Below are positions 40,492-52,738 of a stretch of DNA of 64,000 nucleotides, piece by piece. Below the pieces are notes generated by a model that saw only the letters and a program-made list of their open reading frames with translations, did no database searches and had not been told where the DNA came from. The DNA lies in assembly GCF_006345805.1 (NCBI RefSeq), contig NC_043022.1, positions 11,966,001 through 12,030,000 of the forward strand. Direction: 5' to 3'. This stretch comes from Octopus sinensis (taxonomy: Eukaryota). Made by a program: the position numbers and the translations under genes. How positions within the stretch are numbered: the first letter of the stretch is position 1; every line of letters starts with the position of its first letter.

Positions 40492-40733
40492 ATAAAAAAG
40501 CACCATCCGAATGTGGCCGATGCCAGACCCCTCTGGCACCTGTGCAGGTGGCACGTAAAAAACACCCACTACACTCGCGGAGTGGTTGGCGTTAGGAAGG
40601 GCATCCAGCTGTAGAAACACTGCCAGACTAGACTGGAGCCTGGGGCAGTCCCGAGCTCCCCAGACCCCGGTCGAAACCGTCCAACCCGTGCTAGCGCGGA
40701 AAACGGACGTTAAACGATGATGATGATGATGAT
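40492..40733 (+). mobile_element. 5'-truncated RTE 3'UTR copy (family B)
   Basis: Homology to family B; (GAT)n tail. Confidence 0.85.
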
Positions 40734-41024
40734 GTATATATATACACAAATAAATAGAAACACTATACTCAGTATCATATTAGGAGATGTATGTATGTAT
40801 ATGTGTGTGTATAAAAAGATGCATGAGTGCTGCTGTTATGTTTAGAGCACCACATAGGTTATTGTAATCCAGTCTGTTTCCTGTATAGTTGTTAACATTG
40901 CAGTTCTAGTCATGAACTTCAGAGCAGATGCAGGAGTTTCGTGTGTTGGCACTTATCAACATGCAAAACTCTCAGCCTTTGGGTCACTCTGAAATTTCTA
41001 CTGATTATTTATTAAAAAAATACA

Positions 41025-41058
<34 letters not shown>

Positions 41059-41757
41059 AGATTGTGTTATGCGTGAAAGTACTATTCTGTTTCCATATTG
41101 TAAAATTGTAAAAATTGCAGATAATTAAACGTGAAAATCATACTAAATTGGAATTTCGTTGATTAATATATATATATATATACACATACACACACACACT
41201 CATACACATGTGCACACACACACACATGTGTCTACACACACACATGTGTCTACACACACACGTGTCTACACACACACAAACACACACGCAACTATATATA
41301 TATATATATATATATTTATATGTAACTCTGTATGTATTTATACACATACATACTCATATACATAAAAGCATATATATATATACACATTATGTAGTTGTAT
41401 TTATATATATGCACATGTATGTAAGTTTGTGTGTGTGTGTGAATTTATATAGATTGTGTCTTTATCTCTGTAATACATACACGCATATCTACATTTAAGT
41501 ATCAAATTTAATTATTTAAATCTTGATAAACATCAGGATGTAGAAGCTTAAGCCAAAACATTCACCAAAAGACAACAACGCAACAGAAAAGATGGGATTG
41601 GTTAGCATAAATAATAACAATGATAACACTGTAACATTAGTCTGGGATTTTAATATTAGTTTGGGATTTCAGCTGCCAACTCTGACCGAACCCATTCTGA
41701 AACATAGGTTCTCAGTAAACCCGAGAACAATCAACTGTTTCTATATTACTGAATGTG

Positions 41758-42073
41758 GAAGCGCAATGGCCCAGTGGTTAGAGCAGCAGACTCGCGGTCG
41801 GAGATTGCGGTTTCGATTCCTAGACCGGGCGTTGTGTGTGTTTATTGAGCGAAAACACCTAAAGCCCCACGAAGCTTCAACAGGGGGTGGTGGCGACCCC
41901 CTGTTGTACTCTTTCGCCCTAACTTTCTCTCACTCTTTCTTCCTGTTTCTTGAGTAACGCTGCGATGGACTGACATCCCGTCCAGCTGGGAGGGGAATAC
42001 ATATGCCACAGAAACCGGAAAACCGGGCCCATGAGCCTAGCTAGGTTTGAAAAGGGCGCATAAAAAAAATAGA
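41758..42073 (+). mobile_element. tRNA-derived SINE, head 2 + tail Y
   Basis: TGGCCCAGTGG A box, GTTTCGATTCC B box, A-rich tail, 15-bp TSD ATATTACTGAATGTG (41743-41757, 42074-42088). Confidence 0.88.
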
Positions 42074-42308
42074 ATATTACTGAATGTGAAAGCATGTGGT
42101 CCAAGAATTAGGGTGTTGTACTCACACCCTAACTCTTAGACCACATAGGGTGTTGTTAGGATGCTTGGCCTTATGACTGGCATGAACTGATTAGATTTTG
42201 GGATCAATCTGGTGCTAGACAAGGATTCTGGATTATTTTTCCAGTTTTTTGACAATCAGGTTCACTTTTAGTATTCTTGTTTGTAAGAGCAATCGAGTTT
42301 ATTTCAGA

Positions 42309-42704
42309 CTAGCAGTATCGCCCGGCGTTGCTCGGGTTTGTAAGGGAAATAACTATATAAGCATTTTTAGAGATGTAAAGTATAATAGCCATCTCAATAT
42401 GGCTAACCACAAAGGGTGGGGTGTTACTGTAGCTTTTTACGTTCTGAGATTTAATAATACATTTTTGAGAGTTACTTCCCTTTTATAATAGCAAAAAAAT
42501 GCATTAAAAATGGGAATAAATGATGGTAAATTTTTTTTTAAATCGTAGACTCATCGTAGACGCGCGCTAATACCCAGAAGGGCTCGATATGAATCATGAC
42601 TATAAGATACCCGCTTTTGGTTACACTGCACCGCAAAATGTAGGAGTAGTTAGGAATCTAAATCGTAGGAGACAGACACACAACTTCACTTTTATATATA
42701 AAGA
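42309..42704 (-). mobile_element. Non-autonomous Helitron
   Basis: Minus strand begins TCTTTATATATAAAAG and ends with the subterminal hairpin ACCCGAGCAACGCCGGG ... CTAG; inserted between A and T with no TSD. Confidence 0.85.
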
Positions 42705-42801
42705 TATTCTCATTTTAAAAATCATCTCTGGTTAATCATTGAGAGGACGTTGGTGTTGCCTCAGCAGAGGTTTGTGTTCTCTGAGTGCTCTTGTTATTAC
42801 T

Positions 42802-43371
42802 AAGGCAGTGAGCAAGCAGAATGGTTAGCATGCCAGACAAACTGTTTAGCAGTGTTTTGCTCATCTTTGCATTCTGAGTTCAAATTCCTCTGCCTTTCCT
42901 CCTTTTGGGGTTGATGAAATAAGGACCATTTGAGCATTGGGTGTCAATGTAAATGACTAAATTGCTCATCTGAAAGAATTACTGGCCTTGTACCAAAATC
43001 TGAAACTTATATTTATCATTATTATTATTATTATTGAGTGAGAAAGCAGTGCATACCATCAAAGTGACACTGGGGCACAAATATATGAAGCCAAGTATAC
43101 CCATCATGACTACCCATCTGATAAGGGCACACCAGGCACATGCATCACAACCATATGTGCGACATGGTGATCTCATATCAAGATAAACAGCACATGACCT
43201 TGCAGGTAGGGCCCAGTTAGAATTTTCTTCTGGTTGAGTAACCCATCCTGCTCAAAAGGTCCCTGAATAAGGGTTGTTTAAAGATGTTGAATGAAACACC
43301 CATGTTTCCAGAGGTGAATTATTCAAACCCCAAAGAATCCCTCTCAACACATGGCTATGATGCTCCCCCAC

Positions 43372-43407
<36 letters not shown>

Positions 43408-44090
43408 GGTGACAGAATCATTAGCATGCTGGACAAAATGCTTAGCTGTATTTCACTGAACGCTACATCCTGAGTTCAAATTCTGCCAAGGTCAACTTTA
43501 CCTTTCAGGGTTGATAAATTAAGTACCAGTTGAGTACTAGGATGTAATTAAGTAGCACCTCCCCCAAATTTCAGGCCTTGAACCTATAATAGAAAGGATT
43601 ATCATCATTATTATTGTTATTATTATTAAGGCAGTGAACTGGCAGAATCATTAGCACAATGGGCGAGATACTTAATAGTATTTCACCCATCACTACATTC
43701 TGAGTTCAAATTCCACTGGGGTCAACTTTACCTTTTATCTTTTGAGGGTCGATAAATTTAGTACCAGTCAAATACTGGGGTCGATGTAATCGACTATCCC
43801 CAGTCCCTGAAATTGCTGCCCTTGTGACAAAATTTGAAATCATTATTATCATTATTATTAAGGCAGCGAGCTGGCAGAATAGTTAGTGTGTTGGATGAAG
43901 TGCTCAGTGGCATTACACATGTCTTTACATTCTGAGTTCAAATTCCGCCGAGGTTGACTTTGTTTTTCATCCTCCTGGGGTCGACGAAATAAGCACCATT
44001 TAAGCACTGGGATTGATGTAATCAACTAGCACCCTCCCCCAAATTTCAGGCCTATAGTGCCTATAGTAGAAAGGACTATTATTATTATTA
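42802..44090 (+). mobile_element. Head-to-tail chain of four family C variant SINEs, with another repeat at 43035-43370
   Basis: AAGGCAG(T/C)GAGCTGGCAGAAT-like heads at ~42802, 43406, 43628 and 43860; each copy ends in (ATT)n. Confidence 0.8.
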
Positions 44091-44308
44091 TTGTTTCTAG
44101 CTGGCTGCATGCTGTCAAAAATTATGGCCAATTGTAGTATTTTATATATAAAAAGGGTACAAAAAGGTGAAAAAAAAAATCAAACAGTACTTCAACTCTG
44201 TGTGTGTGTGTGTACATTTATATGTATGAGTAGCACAGTCAGTAGTGAATGCAGTTTTCTATACTTTGTCACAACCTGCTTCCTTCCTTTTTAAGTGTGT
44301 TTATATAT

Positions 44309-44360
<52 letters not shown>

Positions 44361-44781
44361 CTCTAAAAACTGTTGTAATACTTACACTGTTTAATAAAAT
44401 GATGAAACGATCGTACCAAATTACCAGAGATATTCTTGTTGCTTATTTTAATAATAATAATAATAATAATAATAATATTGTGTACAGTGCTCAGGTGCAC
44501 TACAACTCATCTAAAGTGTATATATAATCACCCCATGGATTTATATGGATAACACCGTACAAAATTTTGGTGCATCTGACTTAAGTACCATATTCATTTG
44601 AATCTAAATTTTGCTGAACGTATATATATATATATTGTATAGAGGGCATTATTACACATAAATGCCTCACGCTAAGAGGGACATAAGTCACTACTACCAA
44701 AATTTAACTAATCGTACCTAATGCAGTTTTCGAAGCAAGTGTTAGGATTCCTTATTAAGAAATTATCCTTAATTGTTAAAT

Positions 44782-44816
<35 letters not shown>

Positions 44817-45904
44817 ATGTATTATGTATGTATATATATATATATATGTATGTATGCACTGCCGGTCTGGGAATCGAAATCGCGGTCTTGCGATCAAGAA
44901 GGCAACAACCAAACAACTAGGCAACCCGTCTTTACACACACATATATATACATTTGACACACACATACACACAATCAACTTGGAGTGAATTGGCGAGCAT
45001 GATTACGTGCACTGCGAAGGGGGATAACTCCTGTAAATTTGAAATTCTTATGAATGAAAGTCATGGTTTTTTTTGTTTTTCCTTTTGCCGTGCTGTTCAC
45101 ACATGAGCTGAACCAGATGGTAATCGTCTGTATTATTTCAGTGAGTAATAAATGGTTATCCTGCTGCATTGGTGTAGAAAGTTTCTGATTTAACAGAAGG
45201 CAGCTGAGAGTTATACATAGATGCAGACATGGCTGTGTGGATAGGAAGCTTGCTTCGCAACCACGTGGTGTCGGGTTCGGTCTCACTATGTGGCAATTCG
45301 GCCAGGTTGTCTTCCTACAACAGCCGTGGACCAATCGATGCCTTGTGAGTTGACTTGGTAACGGGAAACTGTCTGGAAGCCTGCCGCAATGTGTGTGTGT
45401 ATGTGCGTGTATGCGTGTATATGTGTGTGTATGTGTGCGCATGCGTTTCTTTTATCCTTTCCTTATTTCAGTCATTTGATTGCGGCCATGCTGGTGTACC
45501 ACCTTTAAAGGTTTTAGTCGAACAAATCGAAACCCAGGGTTTATTTTTTTAAAAACCTGGTACTTATACAATCCGTCTGTAATAATAATAAGAAGAAGAA
45601 CAACAACAACAGCAGTGGCAGCAGCAATTGCGGCTGCAGCAGCAATGACCTCATTCTATATACAGAACTGAACTCAGGTGCTGTAAGACTTGTCAGAAAA
45701 GGTTCATAAGCGGGGGTAGAAAAGGGGCACGAGTCAAGTAAAGAAAGACGGCTATGGAAGCCAAAAGTACACCGAAAAAGACAGAAAAGCGAACATTAAA
45801 AGAGCCATTAAGAAGAAAGGCTTCACAGACATCCTTCCGGGGAGTAAAGTTGACACATTTTGGGATGTATGGAATTTGTGAAGTATGGGGAGGTGGGGGT
45901 GGGG

Positions 45905-46680
45905 GCAGTCGATTAAATCGACCTTAGTATGCCACTGGTACTTAATCTATCGACCTCCAAAAGGATGAAAGGCAAAGTCGATCCCGGCGGAATTTGAGCT
46001 CAGAACACAAAGACAAACAAGATACCTATTTCTTTACTACCCACAAGGGGCTAAACATAGAGGAAACAAACAAGGACAGACAAACGGATTGAGTCGATTA
46101 TATCGACCCCAGTGCATAACTGGTACTTATTTAATCGACCCCGAAAGGATGAAAGGCAAAGTCGACCTCGGCAGAATAAATGTTAGGGAAAGAATCCAAG
46201 CTGTTTCTTATTTCTTTATTGCCCACAAGGGGCTAAACATAGAGGGGACAAAGAAGGGCAGACAATGAGATTAAGTCGATTACATTGACTCCAGTGTGTA
46301 ACTGGTACTTAATTTAGCGGTGAGCTGGTAGAAACGTTGGCACACCAGGCGAAATGCGTAGCCGTATTTCGTCTGCCGTTACGTTCTGAGTTCAAATTCC
46401 GCCGAGGTCGACTTTGCCTTTCATCCTTTCGGGGTTGATAAATAAAGTACCTGTTATGCACTGGGGTCGACATAATCGACTTAATTCATTTGTCTGTCCT
46501 TATTTGTCCTCTCTGTGTTTAGCCCCTTGTGGGTAGTAAAGAAATAGGTACTTAATTTATCAACCTCAAAAAGATGAAAGGCAAAGTCAACTCCAGCGGA
46601 ATTTGAACTCAGAACGTAACGGCAGACGAAATACTGCTAAGCATTTCACCCGCTAACGCTTCTGCCTGCTCACCACCTTG
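45905..46680. mobile_element. Nested family C SINE cluster
   Basis: A plus-strand copy at 46317-46546 with TSD GGTACTTAATTTA sits inside a minus-strand copy; two further minus copies lie upstream. Confidence 0.85.
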
Positions 46681-47183
46681 AAGGGTACAGTGTCCTGACA
46701 GATAATAATTGATGTGGGTGGTTACAGTTCATATTTTTACAATTCTGAGCATGACAGAATGCTTCTGCAAGTCATGGGTGGTGTAGTGTTTTTGATTTTG
46801 AATGTTGCATAAAAATACAGTCTAAGTGCTTGTTTATATAATTAATGCACTGTACATTAGATATTTAATTAGATGCAATTACACAGTGAGGAAAAGATAT
46901 ATCGGTCAGTGGCTAATATTATTTTAATTATTCCAGTAAGAATGGGAGAAAACTCTGGACATGTTTTATAAACACACACACACACGCACACATGTGAAAA
47001 TATATTATAGTGGCATAGGCCGGTTTATGGGGTTACTCTATTTATTTTATGTTTAAAATGGCCAGGTCCAGTCTCTCACACCTGTCCTACAATGTCATTC
47101 TAAAAATAAGCAGTTACATTATCAAAATCTTGAAGTTAAAAGATAATGTCTCATTAATTCAAGGTAATCTGAATGCTAAAGGT

Positions 47184-47410
47184 TTAACCCTTTAGTGTTC
47201 AGATTATTCTATCAAACATAATGCTTATTGATTCCCATTGATTTGAATTAATCGTGCATTTTCTCATATCTTCAAGATCTTGATGGTGTAATTACTTAAT
47301 GTAGAATAACATTGTAGGTTAGGTGTGAGGGCCTGGATCTGGTCAGTTTGAACATAAAACAGATTAAATATTTTGGCCGGATATGGCCGGTTTAAATACT
47401 AAAGGGTTAA
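47184..47410. mobile_element. piggyBac-type MITE, family P2
   Basis: TTAA-CCCTTTAGT ... ACTAAAGGG-TTAA. Confidence 0.8.
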
Positions 47411-48671
47411 GTAAGGAATAGGAGAGAAAAATACCCAAGTATATCATCTTGATTAGAACTGAAGAGGAACTAAACTGCAAAACCAGCAGCAGAGGCAGTA
47501 GTAGCAGCATCTGCAACAACAGCAACCACGGCAGCAGCAGTTACAACAACTTCTGTACCATGTGGAGTTTCTCTCTCTCTCTCTCTCTCTACATGATAAT
47601 GAAAGACTTTCAACAGAAGCTGCCAGTTTTAGATTTTAGATATGAATGTTAATACATTTGGAGAGGATTGTCTGTATCAAAGGGAGTATTTGGTGTCAAG
47701 GAATTTAATACTATTCTGTAGTAGATAGTGGCACAAACAGATGTAGGAAGGTTGTGGAAATGGTAGCTAGCAGAGTGTGTGACTTCTCAACAACACTTTT
47801 GCTATAAGTACATTAATCATAACTGGTGTAATTAACAGTCTGCACTCTCTAAATAAGCTTGAAAAAAAAAAAAGAAACCTCAAAATACACACAAAGAAAA
47901 AAAACTTTTCTGAATTTTAGAGGTAATTCTGTTACCTAGGCAACTAATCAATTTTTTGTTGTCGTTTGTTTTGTTTTTTTTATACTGGCTGAGTTTGGAG
48001 AAAGGGGCCATGCCCATAACCAATGTTTGTTTCTAAGCTGCTGACCATGCTGACAGAGCAGGACACCCATAGCTCAGCAGTAAACTTTAAAATGAACCAT
48101 ATGAAAACGTAATATATGAGGGACGACACCATCACATAAGACTGAATAGCAATGAAATGCAGCATATTTAATCCCTGACATCTGGAGGAGATCATGGGCA
48201 TTGCTCCCCCATTCAGACTCAGCAAGTAACCCTACCCCCCCTACTCCCCCCAAAAAACAACAACAACAAAAATGTGCATCTCAATTGTATTTTGTATTCC
48301 AATATATGAAGTGAACGACACTTAAAAGTCCAATGCGGAAAGGCTGATGTTACTGTAATAAATAAAACAGTGTGAATAGATCCATTAAATGCCACCCCAG
48401 GGTTCATAAGGTTGGAGCTAAAATCTGGTTTCCATGGCATCCGAGTGACTGATGTTACAATACTCCCCAACCAAAAGGGATACTGGTCCTTTACAGGGTT
48501 AACTTCCCAAATACTATTGGAACTCATTTTGAGTTGAATGGACTGGAGCAACGTGAAATGAAATGTTTTGATCAAGAATACAACACACTACCAGGTCCTA
48601 GAATTGAAACCCTGATCTTATGATTCTGAGGGCATTGCACAAACCACAAGGTTAGCTAATATTCCATAATG

Positions 48672-49110
48672 ACAAGGTGGTGAACTGGTAGCATCGTTAC
48701 TGCTTCAGAAAAAGTGCTCACCGGTTTTTCTTCTGACTTCAAATGCTGTCAGGGATGAGCTTGCCTTTCTTCCTTTTGGGGTTGATAAATAAATACCTAT
48801 TTCTATTTCTTTATTACCCACAAGGGGCTAAACATAGAGGGGACAAACAAGGACAGACATAGGTATTAAGTCGATTACATCAACCCCAGTGCATAACTGG
48901 TACTTAATTTATCGACCCCCGAAAGAATAAAAGGCAAAGTCGACCTCAGAACGTAACGCAGACAAAATACCACTAAGCCTTTCGCCTGGCATGCTAACGT
49001 TTCTGCCAGCTAGCTGCCTTGTTAAATAAATACCAGTTGAGCATTGGGGTTCATGCAGTCGACTTACATCCTCTTCCACAGTTGCTGGCCTTGTGCTAAA
49101 ATTTGAAACC
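48672..49110. mobile_element. Old plus-strand family C SINE with a young minus-strand family C copy inside (48798-49020)
   Basis: TSD TAAATAAATACC (48786-48797, 49023-49034). Confidence 0.82.
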
Positions 49111-49284
49111 TATCTTACATAAAGGCTATGTGCCTTCATGTAATATACAATATTTGTATTTGTACATATGAATCGAAATATATCATTATCATCATCATCA
49201 TCATTTTAGTATAGTGAAGGTGTGTGGCCTACTAGACAAATATAGTCATATAGACAAACACACATACACTGGCATACATATATA

Positions 49285-49452
49285 TATTTTTTCTCTCCTT
49301 GTTTTTTTCTGTGTATCTTTCTGTCGAAGAAGAGCGTACGCTCGAAACGTAAAAGATTTTTTCTATTCCTGAGCACTATACTAATACATTTGTTTGTTTG
49401 TACTCCACCTGCCTTCGTCTTTTGTTTATTTTCGTAAACTTTGCCTTCATAC
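49285..49452 (+). mobile_element. (TA)n-embedded insert with minimal hammerhead-like motif (putative Penelope-like remnant)
   Basis: ATCTTT-CTGTCGA-AGAA-GAGCgtacGCTC-GAAAC-GTA-AAAGAT (49315-49357). Confidence 0.55.
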
Positions 49453-49987
49453 ATATATATATGTGTGGGGGGGGATCTATATAAATATGTCTGTCTGATA
49501 AGCCAAATGCCTTCACTGTATCATCTCATACTACATAAAAAAAAACAGAGAAGGAGTTTCCACATGGTTTCTCAAACTGGCAACCAATAAGAACTATGAG
49601 TCTCTCACCTCTCAAACCATATTGTACTGGCTTTATATAAAAAATGGAAAAAACATGTTGGATAATAAGAGTGGTTACATATATTGGATAATAAGAAATG
49701 ATTACAGATGGAACATCTTATTTATGGAGATGTGGTGTGAGATTCAATAACAAACAGCGTTACTAAATAAGAGTTGTGGCATGTGTTGAATGAAGTAAGG
49801 CCAACTGTAATTACTCCAGGAGTTGTGTGAATAAATTAACAGCATTGCAACTGGTTGGAGAGAAAGTTTCACCTCTTGGCTTTTTGCTATTCAAAATGTC
49901 AACACTGTAAACAAGCCGAGAGGTGAAGAGGTCACTGGAGTGCAGGTTTCTAACTGAAAGAAAAAGAAGAAAAGATTTTAAAATAAT

Positions 49988-50385
49988 GCAGGTGTGGCTT
50001 TGTGGTAAGTAGCTTTCTTACCAACTACATGGTTCCGGGTTCAGTCCCACTGCATGGCACCTTGGGCAAGTGTCTTCTACTATAGCTTCAGGCCAACCAA
50101 AGCCTTGTGAGCAGATTTGGTAGACGGAAACTGAAAGAAGCTTGTCGTATATATATGTATATGTATACGTATGTGTGTGTGTATTTATGTGTCTGTGTTT
50201 GTCCTCCCCAACATTGCTTGACAACTGTGTGTTTACGTCCCCGTAACTTAGCAGTTCGGCAAAAGAGATAGATAAAATAAGTACTAGGCTTACAAAAAAT
50301 AAGTCCTGGGGTCAATTTGCTCGACTAAAGGCAGTGCTCCAGCATGGCTGCAGTCAAATGACTGAAACAAGAGTAAAAGAGTATG
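49988..50385 (+). mobile_element. SINE family A
   Basis: Homology to family A. Confidence 0.85.
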
Positions 50386-51074
50386 GATGTATAGTTAACA
50401 CTCTTACTTTGCAACCATGTCAATTCAGGTTCAATCCCATGGCAAGGCACTTTGAGCAAGTGTTATCTAACATAGCACTGGGCTGACCAATGCCTTGTGA
50501 GGGAATATGGTAGATGGAAACTGCATAGAAGCCTGTCATACATGTGTGTGTGTGTAGGGGTCCTTGTGTTTATCACCTACCATCACTTCACAACCTGTGT
50601 TGCTTTGTTCATGTCCCCATAACTTAGAATAGGTATCAGACATAAAACAACAAGTTTAATGGTTGATTGTGTTTGATGAAATCCTTCAAGGTGGTACTCC
50701 AGTATGGGCCACAGTCGAATGACTGAATTATATATAAAAGTTAAACAGTTTGGTTTGACCCTCAAAAGACCTGCAAGAAACAAGCAAAAAACAAAACAAA
50801 ACAAATAAAAAAAAGGCCCCCATCTGGGGCCTAATTTCAGGACATGATTAAATAAATATGGATAAGTGTCGACAGATTTATTCGTAAGCCATTCTGTCTT
50901 GATACTCCAGATTATAGATACACGGATGTGATGAGGGGGTGGAGGGGATAGAGAGGTGGGGTCAATGAGAGGAGGGAACAGCTGTTGAGTAAATCTCCCT
51001 TATCCCACCCCACCCACCTGCTTGTGGATTAATAAACAACTACAGCTAAAATACCACAAGTTCATCACGCAATG

Positions 51075-51555
51075 TCACAACCACCACAACTACTACCACC
51101 ACCACCACCACCACTGCATACACCGCAACCACAACTACAACCACCACTACTGCAAACACCATAACCACAACTACAACCACCACCACCACAACCACCACAA
51201 CCACCATTACCACCACCACTACCACAACCACCATTACCACTACCACCGCAAACACCTCAACCACCACCACCACCACCACAACTACAACCACCACCACCAC
51301 AACCACAACTACAACCACCACCACCACAACCACAACTACAACAACCACCACCACCACCTCCACTGCATACACCGCAACCACAACCACCACTACTGCAAAC
51401 ACCATAACCACCACCACCACAACCACCATTACTACCACCACCACCGCAAACACCTCAACCACCACCACCATAACCACAACTACAACCACCACCACCACAA
51501 CCACCATTACCACCACCACCACCACAACTGTCACTGCCATGACCACTACCATAAC
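51075..51555. repeat. (CAC/AAC)n low-complexity tract with an internal duplication
   Basis: CACTGCATACACCGCAACC...CGCAAACACCTCAACC block occurs twice. Confidence 0.9.
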
Positions 51556-52215
51556 TGATTAAATTTTAGCCATAGGTGCAAGCATGGCTGTGTGGTAAAG
51601 AAGCTTGCTATGCAACTATTTCCTTTCAGGTTCAGTCCCACTGTGCAGCACCTTGAGCAAATGTCCTCTACTCTAGCCCCCCCCCCCCCGCTTGACCAAT
51701 GTCTTGTGAGTGAATTCTGTATAGAGTAACTGTGGGGGGGAAGCTCATCATACACACACACACACACACATACTTAGCAGTTCAGCATGAGGGACTGACA
51801 GAATAAGTACCAGGCTTACAAAGAATGAGTTGATTTCATTGACTAAAAGGCGGTGCTCCAGCATGGCCGCAGTCAAATGACTGAAACAAGTAAAGAATAA
51901 AGGAATATACGTATATGTAAGAATAATATAAGGCAAAGATGGAGGATATCAGGTTTTAATAGAAGACCACAACATTTGTTTCTGCACAGCAAATCCAAAT
52001 GTGGTCACTTGAGAGCCCTTAAATGCAGGTTTCAAGGCATTTACATCAGTTATACTAAATGTGTGTGTGCTTGTCTTTGTGTCTACTTGTGTTCGTGTGC
52101 TTGTGTATGAGAACCATGTCTCAGAGAAATAAATGTTCTGAGTACAAAAGAACGTTCTGAATAGGCCCATTCAGCACAAGCCATCCTCGTCACATTCACT
52201 CACCTTTCAATATTT

Positions 52216-52441
52216 CCGAGCTGGCAGAAATGTTAGTACGCCGGGCGAAATGCGTAGCCGTATTTCGTCTGTCGCTACGTTCCGAGTTCAAATTCCGCCG
52301 AGGTCGACTTTGCCTTTCATCCTCTCAGGGTCAATAAATTAAGTACCAGTTACGCACTGGGGTCGATATAATCGACTTAATCCCTTTGTCTGTCCTTGTT
52401 TGTCCCCTCTGCGTTTAGCCCTTTGTGGGTAGTAAAGAAAT
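52216..52441 (+). mobile_element. SINE family C
   Basis: Near-full-length match to 46317-46546. Confidence 0.88.
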
Positions 52442-52478
52442 GAAAATACTTTCAAGGCATTTCTAAGTATAACAATAA

Positions 52479-52738
52479 ATAATAATAAATGCGCCCTTTT
52501 AAAGCCTAGCCAGGCTCATGGGCCCGGTTTCCCGGTTTCTATGGCATATGTGCTCCCCAGCTGGACGGGACACCAGTCCATCGTAGTGTTACTCATTTTT
52601 GCCAGCTGAGTGGACTGGAGCAACGTGAAATGAAGTGTTTTGCTCAAGAACACAACGCGTTGCCCGGTCCAGGAATCGAAACCACAATCTTACGATCATG
52701 ATGCTGACACCCTAACCACTAAGCCACGTGCCTCCACT
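52479..52738 (-). mobile_element. tRNA-derived SINE, head 1 + tail Y
   Basis: tRNA-like head; TSD CTA(A/G)GTATAACAATAA on both sides. Confidence 0.85.

Noticed and set aside
41758-41830. tRNA gene (also at 53829, 2650 and 52670)
   Set aside because: These tRNA-like heads continue into SINE bodies with TSDs; I saw no complete cloverleaf or Pol III terminator.
51022-51558. His-rich 178-aa ORF (also the Asp/His-rich ORFs at 28532-28978 and 33879-34486)
   Set aside because: Trinucleotide repeats open in several frames on both strands, with no splice or domain evidence.
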